A stretch of DNA of 32,000 nt, from contig NZ_LN831024.1 in NCBI RefSeq assembly GCF_001457615.1, positions 2,520,001 through 2,552,000 of the forward strand. Reading direction: 5' to 3'. Made by a program: the position numbers and the translations under genes. This document shows positions 1-17,607 of the stretch, one piece after another (positions within the stretch are counted from its first letter, which is position 1; each line of letters opens with the position of its first letter). This DNA is from Pseudomonas aeruginosa. Its GTDB lineage: Bacteria > Pseudomonadota > Gammaproteobacteria > Pseudomonadales > Pseudomonadaceae. The notes under the pieces are model-generated. The model saw only the letters and a list, made by a program, of their open reading frames with translations, made no database searches and was not told where the DNA came from.

Positions 1-537
1 GGTCTGGCTGTAGATCTGCCCGTAGGGACCGGTGGCGGTGCTGGTGATGGGGACGCTCTGGCCGACCTGGATCAGCGCCGGGTAGCCCTCGGTGGCCTGG
101 ACCTGCTGGCTGCCGCCGGAACGGCTGTCGGTGGAGCGACGGATGATGCGGACTCGATCCTTGCCGTTGACCTCGCCGCGGCCGCTCTGGATCTCGATGT
201 TGCCGGCGCTGGCCGAACCATCCACCGAATAGCCGCGGCTGTCCTGTTGCAGGTTCTCGCTGGTATCCACGGTGATCAGCAGGCGATGCGGGCGCGAGTC
301 GATCTGCTGCAGGACCGATTGCAACTCGCGGATCTTCGCCGGCTCGGCATTGACGATCAACTGGTTGCCATAGGCGGTGACCTTGCCTTCGCTGCCGATG
401 ACCGACTGGGCCACCGCCATCACGTCGTCGGCGGTGCGGTAGTTGAGCGGGATCACTTCGGTGCGCGGGGCGGCCGAGGCGCCGAGAACGACTGTCGCCA
501 ACAGCGAGGAGAGCAGGGTGGTGCGCAACAGGGTCAC
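1..537 (-). CDS. Exported protein with secretin-N/NolW-like domain (N-terminal part only; gene runs off the left window edge)
   Basis: Open - strand frame from GTG at 537..535 to the window edge; absent from the ORF track because it is open-ended. My translation starts VTLLRTTLLSSLLATVVLGASAAPRTEVIPLNYRTADDVMAVAQSVIGSEGKVTAYGNQLIVNAEPAKIRELQSVLQQIDSRP. That is a hydrophobic signal peptide with an A-x-A type site, then a segment resembling the short N domains of type II/III secretins. The GTG overlaps the upstream stop (GTGA). Confidence 0.55.
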   Translation of the reverse strand, partial: MTLLRTTLLSSLLATVVLGASAAPRTEVIPLNYRTADDVMAVAQSVIGSEGKVTAYGNQLIVNAEPAKIRELQSVLQQIDSRPHRLLITVDTSENLQQDSRGYSVDGSASAGNIEIQSGRGEVNGKDRVRIIRRSTDSRSGGSQQVQATEGYPALIQVGQSVPITSTATGPYGQIYSQT

Positions 538-1154
538 AGGAGGAAGCTCCGCAGGTCCGGGTCGGAAAGACTGGTGTCCCAGGCCTGCTCGAAGCGGGCC
601 TGGAGTTGACGCACCCGCCCGGCGGCACGGTAGCAGGCGTAGCCCGCCGGTTGCGCCGGTTTCGGGCGCAGTAGCAGGCCCTGGTCGTCGGCCAGGAGGA
701 AGGCGTCGTCCTCTTTAGGGTAGTCCGGGTTGAGCCGGCGGATCAGGCAGTTGCTCGACAGGCGGCGCGAAAGGCTGATCAGGCGGTGGCCGTTGCGCAC
801 GGCCTGGGCGCTGTCGCCAACGAGGATACGCAGGCGATTGCGTGGATTGGCCAGGAGGAAACGGGTGCAGGCTTCCTGGATGCTGCTGTGGTGATAGAGC
901 CAGCTTTCCAGGTCGGGACTGTGCAGGCAGAGCGAGCGGCGGGCCTGCTGCAGGAGGGCCAGGGCATGGGCGCGGGCTTCCTGCGGATGCTCGAAGCGCT
1001 CCAGCGGCTCATGTTCGCCGAGGCGGAATGGCGCTGGTTCCCAGCGTTCCGCGGGTGGTGCGGCGCTTGCCGGGTTGCGTACCGCAAAGCGCCCCGGAGA
1101 GCTGAATTCGATGGCCGGCAGGTCAGCCGGCGAGGTCTCCGGGGTGTCGCTCAT
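534..1154 (-). CDS. Hypothetical protein, 206 aa, no family recognised
   Basis: ORF track 534..1154 (-), ATG at 1154. It sits 6 nt after the GNAT stop and overlaps the next gene by 4 nt (GTGA). The N-terminal ~60 aa are Pro/Ala-rich and low complexity. The C-terminal ~130 aa look globular but I recognise no catalytic motif. Confidence 0.6.
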   Translation of the reverse strand: MSDTPETSPADLPAIEFSSPGRFAVRNPASAAPPAERWEPAPFRLGEHEPLERFEHPQEARAHALALLQQARRSLCLHSPDLESWLYHHSSIQEACTRFLLANPRNRLRILVGDSAQAVRNGHRLISLSRRLSSNCLIRRLNPDYPKEDDAFLLADDQGLLLRPKPAQPAGYACYRAAGRVRQLQARFEQAWDTSLSDPDLRSFLL

Positions 1155-1160
1155 CGGGCC

Positions 1161-1586
1161 TCAGTCGCTGTCGCGAACCATGTCGACATGGGGCAGGCCG
1201 GCATCGAGGAATTCGCCGCTATCGACCTTGAAGCCCAGTCGCTCGTAGAAGGGAATGGCGTAGACCTGCGCGGTCAGCAGTTGGCGCTTCAGGCCGCGTC
1301 GCTCGGCTTCCTCGATGGCCGCGCGCATCAGCGCGTCGCCTACCTTCAGGCCGCGCCAGTCCTTGAGTACCGAGACCCTGCCGATGTGCCCGTCGCCCAG
1401 CAGGCGCGCGGTGCCGATCGCGTATTCGCCTTCATAGGCGAGAAAATGCACGGCTTCGTCGTCTTCGGCGTCCCACTCCAGTTCCGGCGGAACCGACTGT
1501 TCGGCAATGAAGACCGCTTCGCGGATGCGGCGCAGCTCGGCATTGTCCTTCTGCCAGTCGGCTACGCGTACGCGGATCTTATTCAT
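1161..1586 (-). CDS. GNAT-family N-acetyltransferase (141 aa)
   Basis: Internal ATG (MNKIRVRVADWQKD...) of ORF 1161..1685. The upstream extension is a non-coding-looking run that overlaps roxA. GNAT motif-A-like segment: HIGRVSVLKDWRGLKVGDALMRAAIEEAERRG. The ATG at 1586 overlaps the roxA stop at 1579..1581 (8-nt overlap). Confidence 0.8.
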   Translation of the reverse strand: MNKIRVRVADWQKDNAELRRIREAVFIAEQSVPPELEWDAEDDEAVHFLAYEGEYAIGTARLLGDGHIGRVSVLKDWRGLKVGDALMRAAIEEAERRGLKRQLLTAQVYAIPFYERLGFKVDSGEFLDAGLPHVDMVRDSD

Positions 1587-2748
1587 CTGCAAACTCCAAA
1601 CTGCCCTGTTTGACCAACTCCGCCAACAGCTTACGCGCATCGTCATCGGCCAGCCATTGGCCGAGGTTTTCCAGATGCAACGCATCGGCCGAGCAGACCA
1701 GCTTCAGCAGTTCCTTGAGCTGCCCGGGCAGGAGTACGCTCTGGCCGCTGGCGAACAGCACCAGGCCGATGTCGATCTCGCTCCAGGCCAGGCGGGCGCT
1801 GGGGTTGCGCACCAGCAGCGCGCCATCCTCGAGGGCGCCGAACAGCTCCTCCTCGGGGATCTCCTCGCCGGCAACCAGTTCGGGATAGCGCGGCTCGGTC
1901 ATGAACTGGCCGAACCAAGTCAGCAGCAGGCGCTCGTCGCTCATGTGCTCCTGGATCAGGCCCTGCAGGCGCTCCAGAGCGTCGCGCTGGATCTGGTGCG
2001 GATCGTCGCCTACCGGTTGCAGGCCGGCATCGGTGTAGCGCTCCTCGTCGGAGAGGAACTGGCCGAGGAAGTCGGTGAAATGGGTCAGCACTTCGGCGGC
2101 GCTGGGCGCGCGGAAGCCGATCGAGTAGGTCATGCACTCGTCTTCGGCAATGCCGTAGTGGGCGAGGCGCGGGGGCAGGTAGAGCATGTCGCCGGGCTCC
2201 AGGACCCACTCGTCGCTCTGTTCGAAGTCGGCGAGGATGCGCAGGTCGGCGTGCTCGCGCAGCGGGCTGTCGCTGCTGCACATCTGTCCGACTTTCCAGC
2301 GCCGGCGTCCGTGGCCCTGAAGCAGGAATACGTCGTAGTTGTCGAAGTGCGGACCGACGCCGCCGCCGGGAGCGGCGTAGCTGATCATTACGTCGTCGAT
2401 CCGCCAGCTGGGCAGGAAGCGGAATTGCTCCAGCAGTTGGGCGACTTCCGGGACGAACTGGTCGACCGCCTGGACCAGCAGGGTCCAGTCCTGTTCCGGC
2501 AGGTGCTGGTAGTCCTCCTCCTGGAACGGGCCACGGCGCATTTCCCACGGGGTTTTCCCGTGTTCGAGGACGATGCGCGATTCCACCGACTCCTCCAGCG
2601 ACAGCCCGGCCAGCTCGTCGGCGGACAGCGGGCTTTCGAAGTCCGGGATCGCCTGGCGGACCAGCAGCGGTTTGCGCTGCCAGTAGTCGCGGAGGAATTC
2701 GGCAGCGGTCAGTCCGCCCAGAAGTTGCAGGGGAGTATCAGCATTCAT
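1579..2748 (-). CDS. roxA: Ribosomal oxygenase, JmjC/cupin-4 family (RoxA/YcfD-like uL16 arginine hydroxylase)
   Basis: 389 aa. Strong resemblance to E. coli YcfD as I recall it, e.g. WRIDDVMISYAAPGGGVGPHFDNYDVFLLQGHGRRRWKVG and [15 protein letters not shown] (Fe(II)/2-oxoglutarate His-x-Asp...His cupin). Confidence 0.8.
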   Translation of the reverse strand: MNADTPLQLLGGLTAAEFLRDYWQRKPLLVRQAIPDFESPLSADELAGLSLEESVESRIVLEHGKTPWEMRRGPFQEEDYQHLPEQDWTLLVQAVDQFVPEVAQLLEQFRFLPSWRIDDVMISYAAPGGGVGPHFDNYDVFLLQGHGRRRWKVGQMCSSDSPLREHADLRILADFEQSDEWVLEPGDMLYLPPRLAHYGIAEDECMTYSIGFRAPSAAEVLTHFTDFLGQFLSDEERYTDAGLQPVGDDPHQIQRDALERLQGLIQEHMSDERLLLTWFGQFMTEPRYPELVAGEEIPEEELFGALEDGALLVRNPSARLAWSEIDIGLVLFASGQSVLLPGQLKELLKLVCSADALHLENLGQWLADDDARKLLAELVKQGSLEFADE

Positions 2749-2764
2749 GGTTAAGTCCTTGAAA

Positions 2765-2790
2765 CAAAAACGCCCGGCGCAGCCGGGCGT
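2765..2790 (-). terminator. Rho-independent terminator after purB
   Basis: Stem ACGCCCGGC (2770-2778) / GCCGGGCGT (2782-2790) with a 3-nt loop. An A-run at 2766-2770 on + gives a U-run on the - strand transcript. It lies 17 nt downstream of the purB stop. Confidence 0.75.
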
Positions 2791-2807
2791 GCAAAAGGGT
2801 TGCGTGC

Positions 2808-4253
<1,446 letters not shown>

Positions 4254-5144
4254 TCAGCGGGGCCTTTCGGCGGGGCGGTTGCCCAGCAGGGGGATCAGGC
4301 TGGCGGCGAAGATCAGGGCGGCGCCGAGCAGCGACGTGTGGCTGGGCAGTTCGTCCCAGCGCAGCCAGGCGATCACCCCGGCGAAAACGATGGCCATGTA
4401 GGCGATCGGTCCGATCACTCCCGGGGAGGCCAGGGCATAGGCCTGCGACATGGTCAGTTGGCCGAGGCTGGCGAACAGTCCGGCGCCGAGCAGCAGGAGC
4501 AGTTCCTGGCCGTTCAGCGGCTGCCAGGCCCAGGCCAGCGGCACGGCGGAGAACAGGGTGCCGAACAGGGCGAAGTAGAACACGATGCGATAGGCTGGCT
4601 CGCTGTCGCTCATTTCGCGGATCGAGACGAAGGCGCAGGCAGCCATCAGGCTGGAGGCGATGCCGACCAGGGCGATCGGCGCCACTACCGCGCCGCTGGG
4701 CCTGGCCACCAGCAGCACGCCGAGGAAGCCGACCAGGGTGGCGACCATCATGCGGCGGGTCAGCGGCTCCTTGATCCACAGGTGTGCGATCAGCGGCGTG
4801 AACACCGGCGCGGCATAGCTGAACAGCATGGCGTCGGTCAGCGGCAGGTGGGCGAGGGCGTAGAAGTAGCAGTACATGCCGCCCAGGCCGTAGGTGGTGC
4901 GCAGCAGGTGCGATAGCGGGCGGCGGGTGCGCAGCGGGCCGATGCCGCGAGTCAGCGCCAGGGGCAGGAAGAACAGCACGCCGACGAGGTTGCGGAAGAA
5001 CACCACGGTTTCGTTGTTGACGGTGCTGGAGGCCTCGCGGATCAGGCCGCCCATCAGGGCGAAGAACAGCGCCGAAAGAGCCAGCATGGCGGCGCCCTGG
5101 GTCGGGCTGTTGCGCCGTTGCGGCTGGCTCCCGGCCATGGCCAT
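4254..5144 (-). CDS. EamA/DMT-superfamily inner-membrane transporter
   Basis: 296 aa with about 10 hydrophobic helices in two repeated halves, typical of EamA-domain permeases. Starts 2 nt after the hflD stop. Confidence 0.75.
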   Translation of the reverse strand: MAMAGSQPQRRNSPTQGAAMLALSALFFALMGGLIREASSTVNNETVVFFRNLVGVLFFLPLALTRGIGPLRTRRPLSHLLRTTYGLGGMYCYFYALAHLPLTDAMLFSYAAPVFTPLIAHLWIKEPLTRRMMVATLVGFLGVLLVARPSGAVVAPIALVGIASSLMAACAFVSIREMSDSEPAYRIVFYFALFGTLFSAVPLAWAWQPLNGQELLLLLGAGLFASLGQLTMSQAYALASPGVIGPIAYMAIVFAGVIAWLRWDELPSHTSLLGAALIFAASLIPLLGNRPAERPR

Positions 5145-5146
5145 GG

Positions 5147-5767
5147 CTAGCCGCGCAGCAGGGGATAGAGTTCGTTGAGCAGCCGGCGCCGGCTGAATAC
5201 CATCTGCCAGCGGCTGCCGCCCAGTTGCCGCCAGAGCCGCGCCGAGCGGATGCCGGCGAGCAGCAGGGCGCGGATCCGCGCGGCGTTGCTGCTGACCTGC
5301 AGGTGGCGCATGTCGCCGTGTACCTGGATGCGCTGGCGGAAGGTGCTGAGGGTGTCCTGGTAGATGCTGGCGAACGAGGCGATGACGTTCTCGTGGACCA
5401 GCCCGAAGTGCTGGACCTGCTGTTCGACCTGGTCGAGGCGCTGGCCGATCAGGTCGAGCATATCGCCGCGCTTGTCCAGTTGCCGTTCCAGGGTCAGCAT
5501 CGCCAGGGCGTAGCGCAGCGGTTCGCGCTGCAGGCTGCCGGGCTTGCGCTCCAGGGCGCTGGCCAGGGCCTTGAAGCCGTCGCGCAGGTTGAGGCTGTCG
5601 CCACCGTAGACGTCCAGGGTGCTGGCCGGGTTGCGCGCCAGCAGGCTGCCGAGCATGCAGCCCAGCGGGGCTTCGCTGATCTGTCCGGTGCGTGCCAGCT
5701 TGTCGACCAGGGCTGCGGATTCGAAGACGGCGCCGAGGGCAATCAGTTGCTGTCGCGGATCGCTCAC
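5147..5767 (-). CDS. hflD: High-frequency-of-lysogenization protein HflD
   Basis: 206 aa with a GTG start at 5767 overlapping the mnmA stop (GTGA). N-terminus [23 protein letters not shown] and the position just downstream of mnmA match HflD. Confidence 0.85.
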   Translation of the reverse strand: MSDPRQQLIALGAVFESAALVDKLARTGQISEAPLGCMLGSLLARNPASTLDVYGGDSLNLRDGFKALASALERKPGSLQREPLRYALAMLTLERQLDKRGDMLDLIGQRLDQVEQQVQHFGLVHENVIASFASIYQDTLSTFRQRIQVHGDMRHLQVSSNAARIRALLLAGIRSARLWRQLGGSRWQMVFSRRRLLNELYPLLRG

Positions 5768-6891
5768 GGGCGTCCTCCGAAATCCCAGGCTTCCGCCGTT
5801 TCGATCACGCCGCCGCCGAGGCAGACGTCGCCGTCGTAGAACACCACCGATTGCCCCGGGGTCACTGCGCGCTGCGGTTCGTCGAACACCGCGCGGTAGC
5901 CTTCGGCGGTTTTCTCCAGGACGCAGTCCTGGTCGCTCTGGCGGTAGCGCACCTTGGCCCGCAGGCGGCGCGGCCGCTCCAGTTCGACCGGGTTGACCCA
6001 GTAGATTCGCGAGGCCAGCAGGGCGCGGGAGAACAGCAGCGGGTGGTCGTTGCCCTGGCCGACCAGCAGCACGTTGCGTTGCAGGTCCTTGCCGAGCACG
6101 TACCAGGGATCGTCGCCGGCTTCCTTGAGACCGCCGATGCCGAGGCCCTGGCGCTGGCCGATGGTGTGGTACATCAGGCCGCTGTGGCGACCGATGACCT
6201 TGCCTTCGATGGTCTCGATGTCGCCCGGCTGGGCCGGCAGGTACTGCTTGAGGAAATCGGTGAAGCGTCGCTCGCCAATGAAGCAGATGCCTGTGGAGTC
6301 CTTCTTCTTCGCCGTGGCGAGGCCATGCTTCTCGGCGATGGCGCGGACTTCCGGCTTCTCCAGTTCGCCGACGGGGAACAGGCTGCGGGCGATCTGCTCG
6401 CCGCCCACCGCGTGCAGGAAGTAGCTCTGGTCCTTGTTCGGGTCCAGGCCCTTGAGCAGCTCGGTGCGCCCGTCGCGGTCGCGGCGCCGCACATAGTGGC
6501 CGGTGGCGATCAGGTCCGCGCCGAGCATCAGCGCGTAGTCGAGGAACGCCTTGAACTTGATTTCGCGGTTGCAGAGGATGTCCGGGTTCGGCGTACGGCC
6601 GGCCTTGTACTCGGCAAGGAAGTGCTCGAACACGTTATCCCAGTATTCCGCGGCGAAGTTCGCCGTGTGCAGCTTGATGCCGATCCGGTCGCAGACGGCC
6701 TGGGCGTCGGCCAGGTCCTCGCGGGCGGTACAGTATTCGGTGCCGTCGTCCTCGTCCCAGTTCTTCATGAACAGGCCTTCGACCTGATAGCCCTGCTGCA
6801 ACAGGAGCAGGGCGGAGACGGACGAGTCGACGCCGCCGGACATGCCGACGATCACGCGCTCGCGGCGTGGGGTGGGGGCGGATTCAGACAT
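5764..6891 (-). CDS. mnmA: tRNA-specific 2-thiouridylase (s2U34 synthesis)
   Basis: 375 aa. PP-loop [15 protein letters not shown], then conserved NPDILCN and catalytic-Cys regions typical of MnmA/TrmU. Confidence 0.95.
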   Translation of the reverse strand: MSESAPTPRRERVIVGMSGGVDSSVSALLLLQQGYQVEGLFMKNWDEDDGTEYCTAREDLADAQAVCDRIGIKLHTANFAAEYWDNVFEHFLAEYKAGRTPNPDILCNREIKFKAFLDYALMLGADLIATGHYVRRRDRDGRTELLKGLDPNKDQSYFLHAVGGEQIARSLFPVGELEKPEVRAIAEKHGLATAKKKDSTGICFIGERRFTDFLKQYLPAQPGDIETIEGKVIGRHSGLMYHTIGQRQGLGIGGLKEAGDDPWYVLGKDLQRNVLLVGQGNDHPLLFSRALLASRIYWVNPVELERPRRLRAKVRYRQSDQDCVLEKTAEGYRAVFDEPQRAVTPGQSVVFYDGDVCLGGGVIETAEAWDFGGRP

Positions 6892-6934
6892 AGCGATCAG
6901 GCGTCACGGGCGAATTCGTAAAACGCGGATTCTA

Positions 6935-7405
6935 TCAGGCCTGGGGCAGGGAGGGCGACACGTGGGTGTCGCGGATCAGCGCCAGGGGATAGCGGCCGCC
7001 GGCCAGGTAGTCGTCGATGCAGCGCAGCACCAGGTGGCTGCGCCAGCGCTGCGGCTGGGCGGCCAGTTCGTCGCGGCTCAGCCAGCGCGGGCCGATGATG
7101 CCGTCGTCGAGGGCGCGCTCGGGGTGGTGGCGCACGGGGCGGGCGGCGAAGCATACGCGCTGATAGGTGACACCGTTGGACGGGGCGGTGTACAGGTAGA
7201 TGCCGGTGACGGCGCTCAGCTCGACCTCCCAGCCGGTTTCCTCGAGGGTTTCGCGCAGGGCGGCCTCGAGCAGGCTTTCGGCGGGCTCCAGGTGCCCGGC
7301 GGGCTGGTTCAGCACCTCGCGGCCGTCGGCCTGTTCCTCGACCAGCAGGAAGCGGCCCTGGTCCTCGACGATGGTCGCTACGGTGACATGGGGATGCCAG
7401 CTCAT
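6935..7405 (-). CDS. nudJ: NUDIX hydrolase (NudJ-like)
   Basis: 156 aa. Nudix box GHLEPAESLLEAALRETLEETG. Lies upstream of mnmA, as nudJ does in E. coli. Confidence 0.8.
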   Translation of the reverse strand: MSWHPHVTVATIVEDQGRFLLVEEQADGREVLNQPAGHLEPAESLLEAALRETLEETGWEVELSAVTGIYLYTAPSNGVTYQRVCFAARPVRHHPERALDDGIIGPRWLSRDELAAQPQRWRSHLVLRCIDDYLAGGRYPLALIRDTHVSPSLPQA

Positions 7406-7434
7406 GGATGTCTCCTCGGTACGGAAAAGGCCTC

Positions 7435-7471
7435 GATAAAAAGAAACCCCGAGCGTAGGCCCGGGGTTTCT
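7435..7471 (-). terminator. Rho-independent terminator after idh
   Basis: Stem AGAAACCCCG (7442-7451) / CGGGGTTTCT (7462-7471). On the - strand it is followed by UUCUUUUUAU. It lies 21 nt downstream of the idh stop. Confidence 0.75.
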
Positions 7472-7491
7472 GCTTCGTCAGCGTGACGCTA

Positions 7492-9717
<2,226 letters not shown>

Positions 9718-10075
9718 CTACGGTAACTCTCTTTTTTGCTGGGCGCGCACAGAGTCTCGATACGCGTTGGTGGACGCGATGCCTTCGCTCAACATCGGGT
9801 TGAATCGAAATCGAGATATGCCGCGGGATATAGGGGCGCCAGTAGAGCGTTGTACGGCGGGTTCATGGTGGCGAACCCGACGCTGCGAGGGGAGAGGGTC
9901 TGGTCCCAGACTGCTCGGACCTCGATGACTGCGAAGTCATGGCGCGCAGTATACCACCCTCTCGCCGGGCTGATGCGCTCGCCTGTTTAGACTAAGGAAG
10001 ATGTGGTTTCCGGGCGGACAACTGGGCTACCCTAGAAGGCTGCAACAGGGTTTTAACCACAACACGGAGTTCAGC

Positions 10076-11332
<1,257 letters not shown>

Positions 11333-11354
11333 GAAGGGCTAGCGCCCGAACGAG

Positions 11355-11382
11355 AAAAAGGCCGGTTCGCACCGGCCTTTTT
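11355..11382. terminator. Bidirectional rho-independent terminator between convergent icd and cspD
   Basis: AAAAAGGCCGGT (11355-11366), loop TCGC, ACCGGCCTTTTT (11371-11382). A/T runs on both flanks allow function on either strand. Confidence 0.8.
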
Positions 11383-11404
11383 CATTTCCGCATCCGCGCT
11401 GGGG

Positions 11405-11677
11405 TCAGGCTTCGATGGGCGTCGCCTGCGGCTCTTCCTGCGGGGCGGGGGTGGAGGGTGCGGCGGTTGTCGCGGTGGCGGGGCTGATGTTGATGGCATG
11501 CAGTCCCTTCGGTCCCTGGATGATCTCGAAATTGACCGGCTGGCCCGCCTTGAGTGTCTTGTAACCGTCCATCTGAATGGCCGAGTAATGGGCGAACAGG
11601 TCCTCATCTCGGCCCTCGGCCAGGATGAACCCGTAGCCCTTGGCGTTGTTGAACCACTTGACCTTACCGCTGAGCAT
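11405..11677 (-). CDS. cspD: Cold-shock-domain protein CspD (stationary-phase/replication inhibitor type)
   Basis: [46 protein letters not shown] carries the RNP1/RNP2-type motifs, with a CspD-style C-terminal tail. I chose the ATG at 11677 (90 aa) because AGAGGGA lies about 8 nt upstream. The ATG at 11683 is an alternative. Confidence 0.88.
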   Translation of the reverse strand: MLSGKVKWFNNAKGYGFILAEGRDEDLFAHYSAIQMDGYKTLKAGQPVNFEIIQGPKGLHAINISPATATTAAPSTPAPQEEPQATPIEA

Positions 11678-11872
11678 GCTCATATCCCTCTGCAAAGGAC
11701 TCCAACGCTGGAGTATCATCCACTACGATCCCGCGTCCGACCTGGGTCGAGACGGGTGCGGAACCCCTGATACCCTGTAGGGGTATTCCATTGTTTGTAA
11801 CACCCTTTTGCAGTTAGTCAAGGCGCTGAACCATACGCCTGAGAAACGGATCAACATCATGTCGGTCCATAA

Positions 11873-12271
<399 letters not shown>

Positions 12272-12298
12272 TCGGATGTTTGGGAGCGAGGTGAAGCC

Positions 12299-14575
<2,277 letters not shown>

Positions 14576-14591
14576 TCCGAGCGCGGCAACG

Positions 14592-14624
14592 AAAACGCCC
14601 GGCAGATGCCGGGCGTTTTCTTTT
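14592..14624. terminator. Bidirectional rho-independent terminator between convergent clpA and infA
   Basis: AAAACGCCCGGC (14592-14603), loop AGAT, GCCGGGCGTTTT (14608-14619), then CTTTT. The reverse strand also reads hairpin plus UUUUCGUU. A second small hairpin, CGAGCCG/CGGCTCG, lies at 14633-14649 next to the infA stop. Confidence 0.8.
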
Positions 14625-14656
14625 GCAATCGGCGAGCCGCAGCGGCTCGTGTCGAC

Positions 14657-14875
14657 TCAGCGGGCGCGGTAGGTGATGCGGCCCTTGCTCAGGTCGTAGG
14701 GCGTCAGTTCCACGCGGACCTTGTCGCCGGTGAGGATGCGGATGTAGTTCTTGCGCATTTTGCCGGAGATGTGCGCGGTGACGACGTGCCCATTTTCCAA
14801 CTCCACACGGAACATGGTGTTGGGCAGGGTGTCGACGACAGTACCTTCCATTTCGAAGCTGTCTTCTTTCGACAT
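14657..14875 (-). CDS. infA: Translation initiation factor IF-1
   Basis: Internal ATG at 14875 gives the 72-aa [72 protein letters not shown], near identical to known IF-1. The 327-aa ORF in the track is an artefactual upstream extension. Confidence 0.95.
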
Positions 14876-14979
14876 GCAGTAGAGCCCTCGGTATCTATGG
14901 GTGGCCCTTTCAATGAGAGGTGGGCCGTGAAAAGCGGCGTGCATTGTGCCAGAAAATCGACAATAGCGCCACACGGCTA

Positions 14980-15687
14980 TCAGGTGAGGGCGACCCAGCG
15001 CTGGTTGACGAACAGTTCGATGGGCCGGTACTGGGTCTTGTAGTTCATCTTGCGGCAATTCTTGATCCAGTAGCCCAGGTAGACGGCCTGCAGGCCCAGG
15101 CGTTCGGTCTCGGCGATCTGCCAGAGGATCGCGTAGCGTCCCAGGCTGCGCTGCTCTTCGTCGGGATCGTAGAAGGTATAGACGGCCGAGAGTCCGTTCG
15201 GCAGCACGTCCGTCACGGCTATGGCCAGCAGGCGGCCATGCAGGCGGAACTCGAAGAAGCAGCAGAAGGGCAGGTCGCGGACCAGGAAGGTGGCGAACTG
15301 GTCGCGGCTGGGCGGATACATGTCGCCGTCGGCGTGGCGTTGCTCGATGTAGCGCCGATAGAGGTCGTAGTACTCCTCGTTGAAGCTCGGTCGCTTGCGG
15401 ATCACCTGCAGTTCCGCATTGCGCTTGAGGATGCGCCGCTGCTGGCGGTTCGGGCTGAAGCCGGCGACCGGTATGCGCGCGGCGATGCAGGCGGTGCAAT
15501 GCTGGCAGTGCGGACGATAGAGATGGTCGCCGCTGCGGCGGAAGCCGACCTCCGACAGCGAGGCGTACAGCTGCGTGTCCATGGGCTGGCTGGGATCGAG
15601 GAACAGGGTGGTTGCCTGCTCCTCGGGCAGGTAGCTGCACGGGTGCGGTTGCGTCGCGTAGAACTTCAGTCGGGCGAGTTCGGTCAT
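14980..15687 (-). CDS. bpt: Aspartate/glutamate leucyltransferase (bacterial Ate1-like protein transferase, Bpt)
   Basis: 235 aa. [32 protein letters not shown] and the C-x-x-C (CQHCTAC) region are typical of Bpt/arginyl-tRNA-protein transferase homologues. Confidence 0.88.
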
Positions 15688-15741
15688 GGTGAACTCCAGC
15701 AGGGACCCATAAGCAAGTTTATGCCAGGCACGGAAACTCGC

Positions 15742-16422
15742 CTAAAAATCCAGGTCGCCGGTAGGAGGCTGGTCGCGATAGCGTTGCAGGTAGTCGGCGA
15801 ATTCCCCCCGGCCGATGGCGCGGGCGCCCAGGCTGTGCAGGTGGCGGGTCGGCATCTGGCAGTCGATGAGGACGAAGCCGGCGTCGCGCAGATGGCGGAC
15901 CAGCGTGACGAAGCCGACCTTGGAAGCGTTGTCGGCGCGGCTGAACATCGATTCGCCGAAGAACAGCCTGCCCATGGCCAGGCCGTAGAGGCCGCCGACC
16001 AGTTGTCGCTCCTGCCAGACTTCCACGGAGTGGGCAATTCCGCGCAGGTGCAGCTCCTGGTAGGCCAGTTGCATCGGCGTGGTGATCCAGGTGCCGTCGG
16101 CGTAGTCACGCGGCGCGGCACAAGCCTGGATCACCGCCCGGAAGTCACGGTTGAAAGTGACTTCGAAGCGTTGCTGGCGCAGGCACTTGGCCAGGCTGCG
16201 GGAAACGTGCAGTTCGTCGGGGAACAGGACGGTGCGCGGGTCGGGCGACCACCAGAGGATCGGCTGGCCATCCTGGTACCAGGGGAAGCAGCCGTGGCGA
16301 TAGGCTGCGACCAGGCGTTGCGGATTGAGGTCGCCGCCGGCCGCGAGCAGCCCGTTGGGCTCCTGCAGGGCCTTGTCGAGGGGCGGAAAGTCGAAGTCGG
16401 TGCGGGAAAGCCAGGTCAGCAT
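15742..16422 (-). CDS. aat: Leucyl/phenylalanyl-tRNA-protein transferase
   Basis: Internal ATG at 16422 ([49 protein letters not shown]), 226 aa, canonical Aat. The longer 284-aa ORF overlaps trxB and is Pro/Ala-rich noise. Confidence 0.9.
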   Translation of the reverse strand: MLTWLSRTDFDFPPLDKALQEPNGLLAAGGDLNPQRLVAAYRHGCFPWYQDGQPILWWSPDPRTVLFPDELHVSRSLAKCLRQQRFEVTFNRDFRAVIQACAAPRDYADGTWITTPMQLAYQELHLRGIAHSVEVWQERQLVGGLYGLAMGRLFFGESMFSRADNASKVGFVTLVRHLRDAGFVLIDCQMPTRHLHSLGARAIGRGEFADYLQRYRDQPPTGDLDF

Positions 16423-16459
16423 GGCGGGGTAGGGGAGGGCGGGCCTCCCCCGGGTCCGA

Positions 16460-17488
<1,029 letters not shown>

Positions 17489-17607
17489 CTACACCTATCC
17501 GCAAAAGGCCGGCAAAACCCCGGGGCCGGGATCAGCCACGCACGGATTGCCGCTGATTTCGGGTGTGATTTTTCAGAGTTTCCCTAAAGCCGTACAATAG
17601 GCGCGTT

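Noticed and set aside
14657-15640. 327-aa ORF that contains infA at its C-terminus and overlaps bpt
   Set aside because: Only the last 72 codons are IF-1. The upstream part is Pro/Arg/Ala-rich and overlaps the real bpt frame. The ATG at 14875 gives the canonical length.
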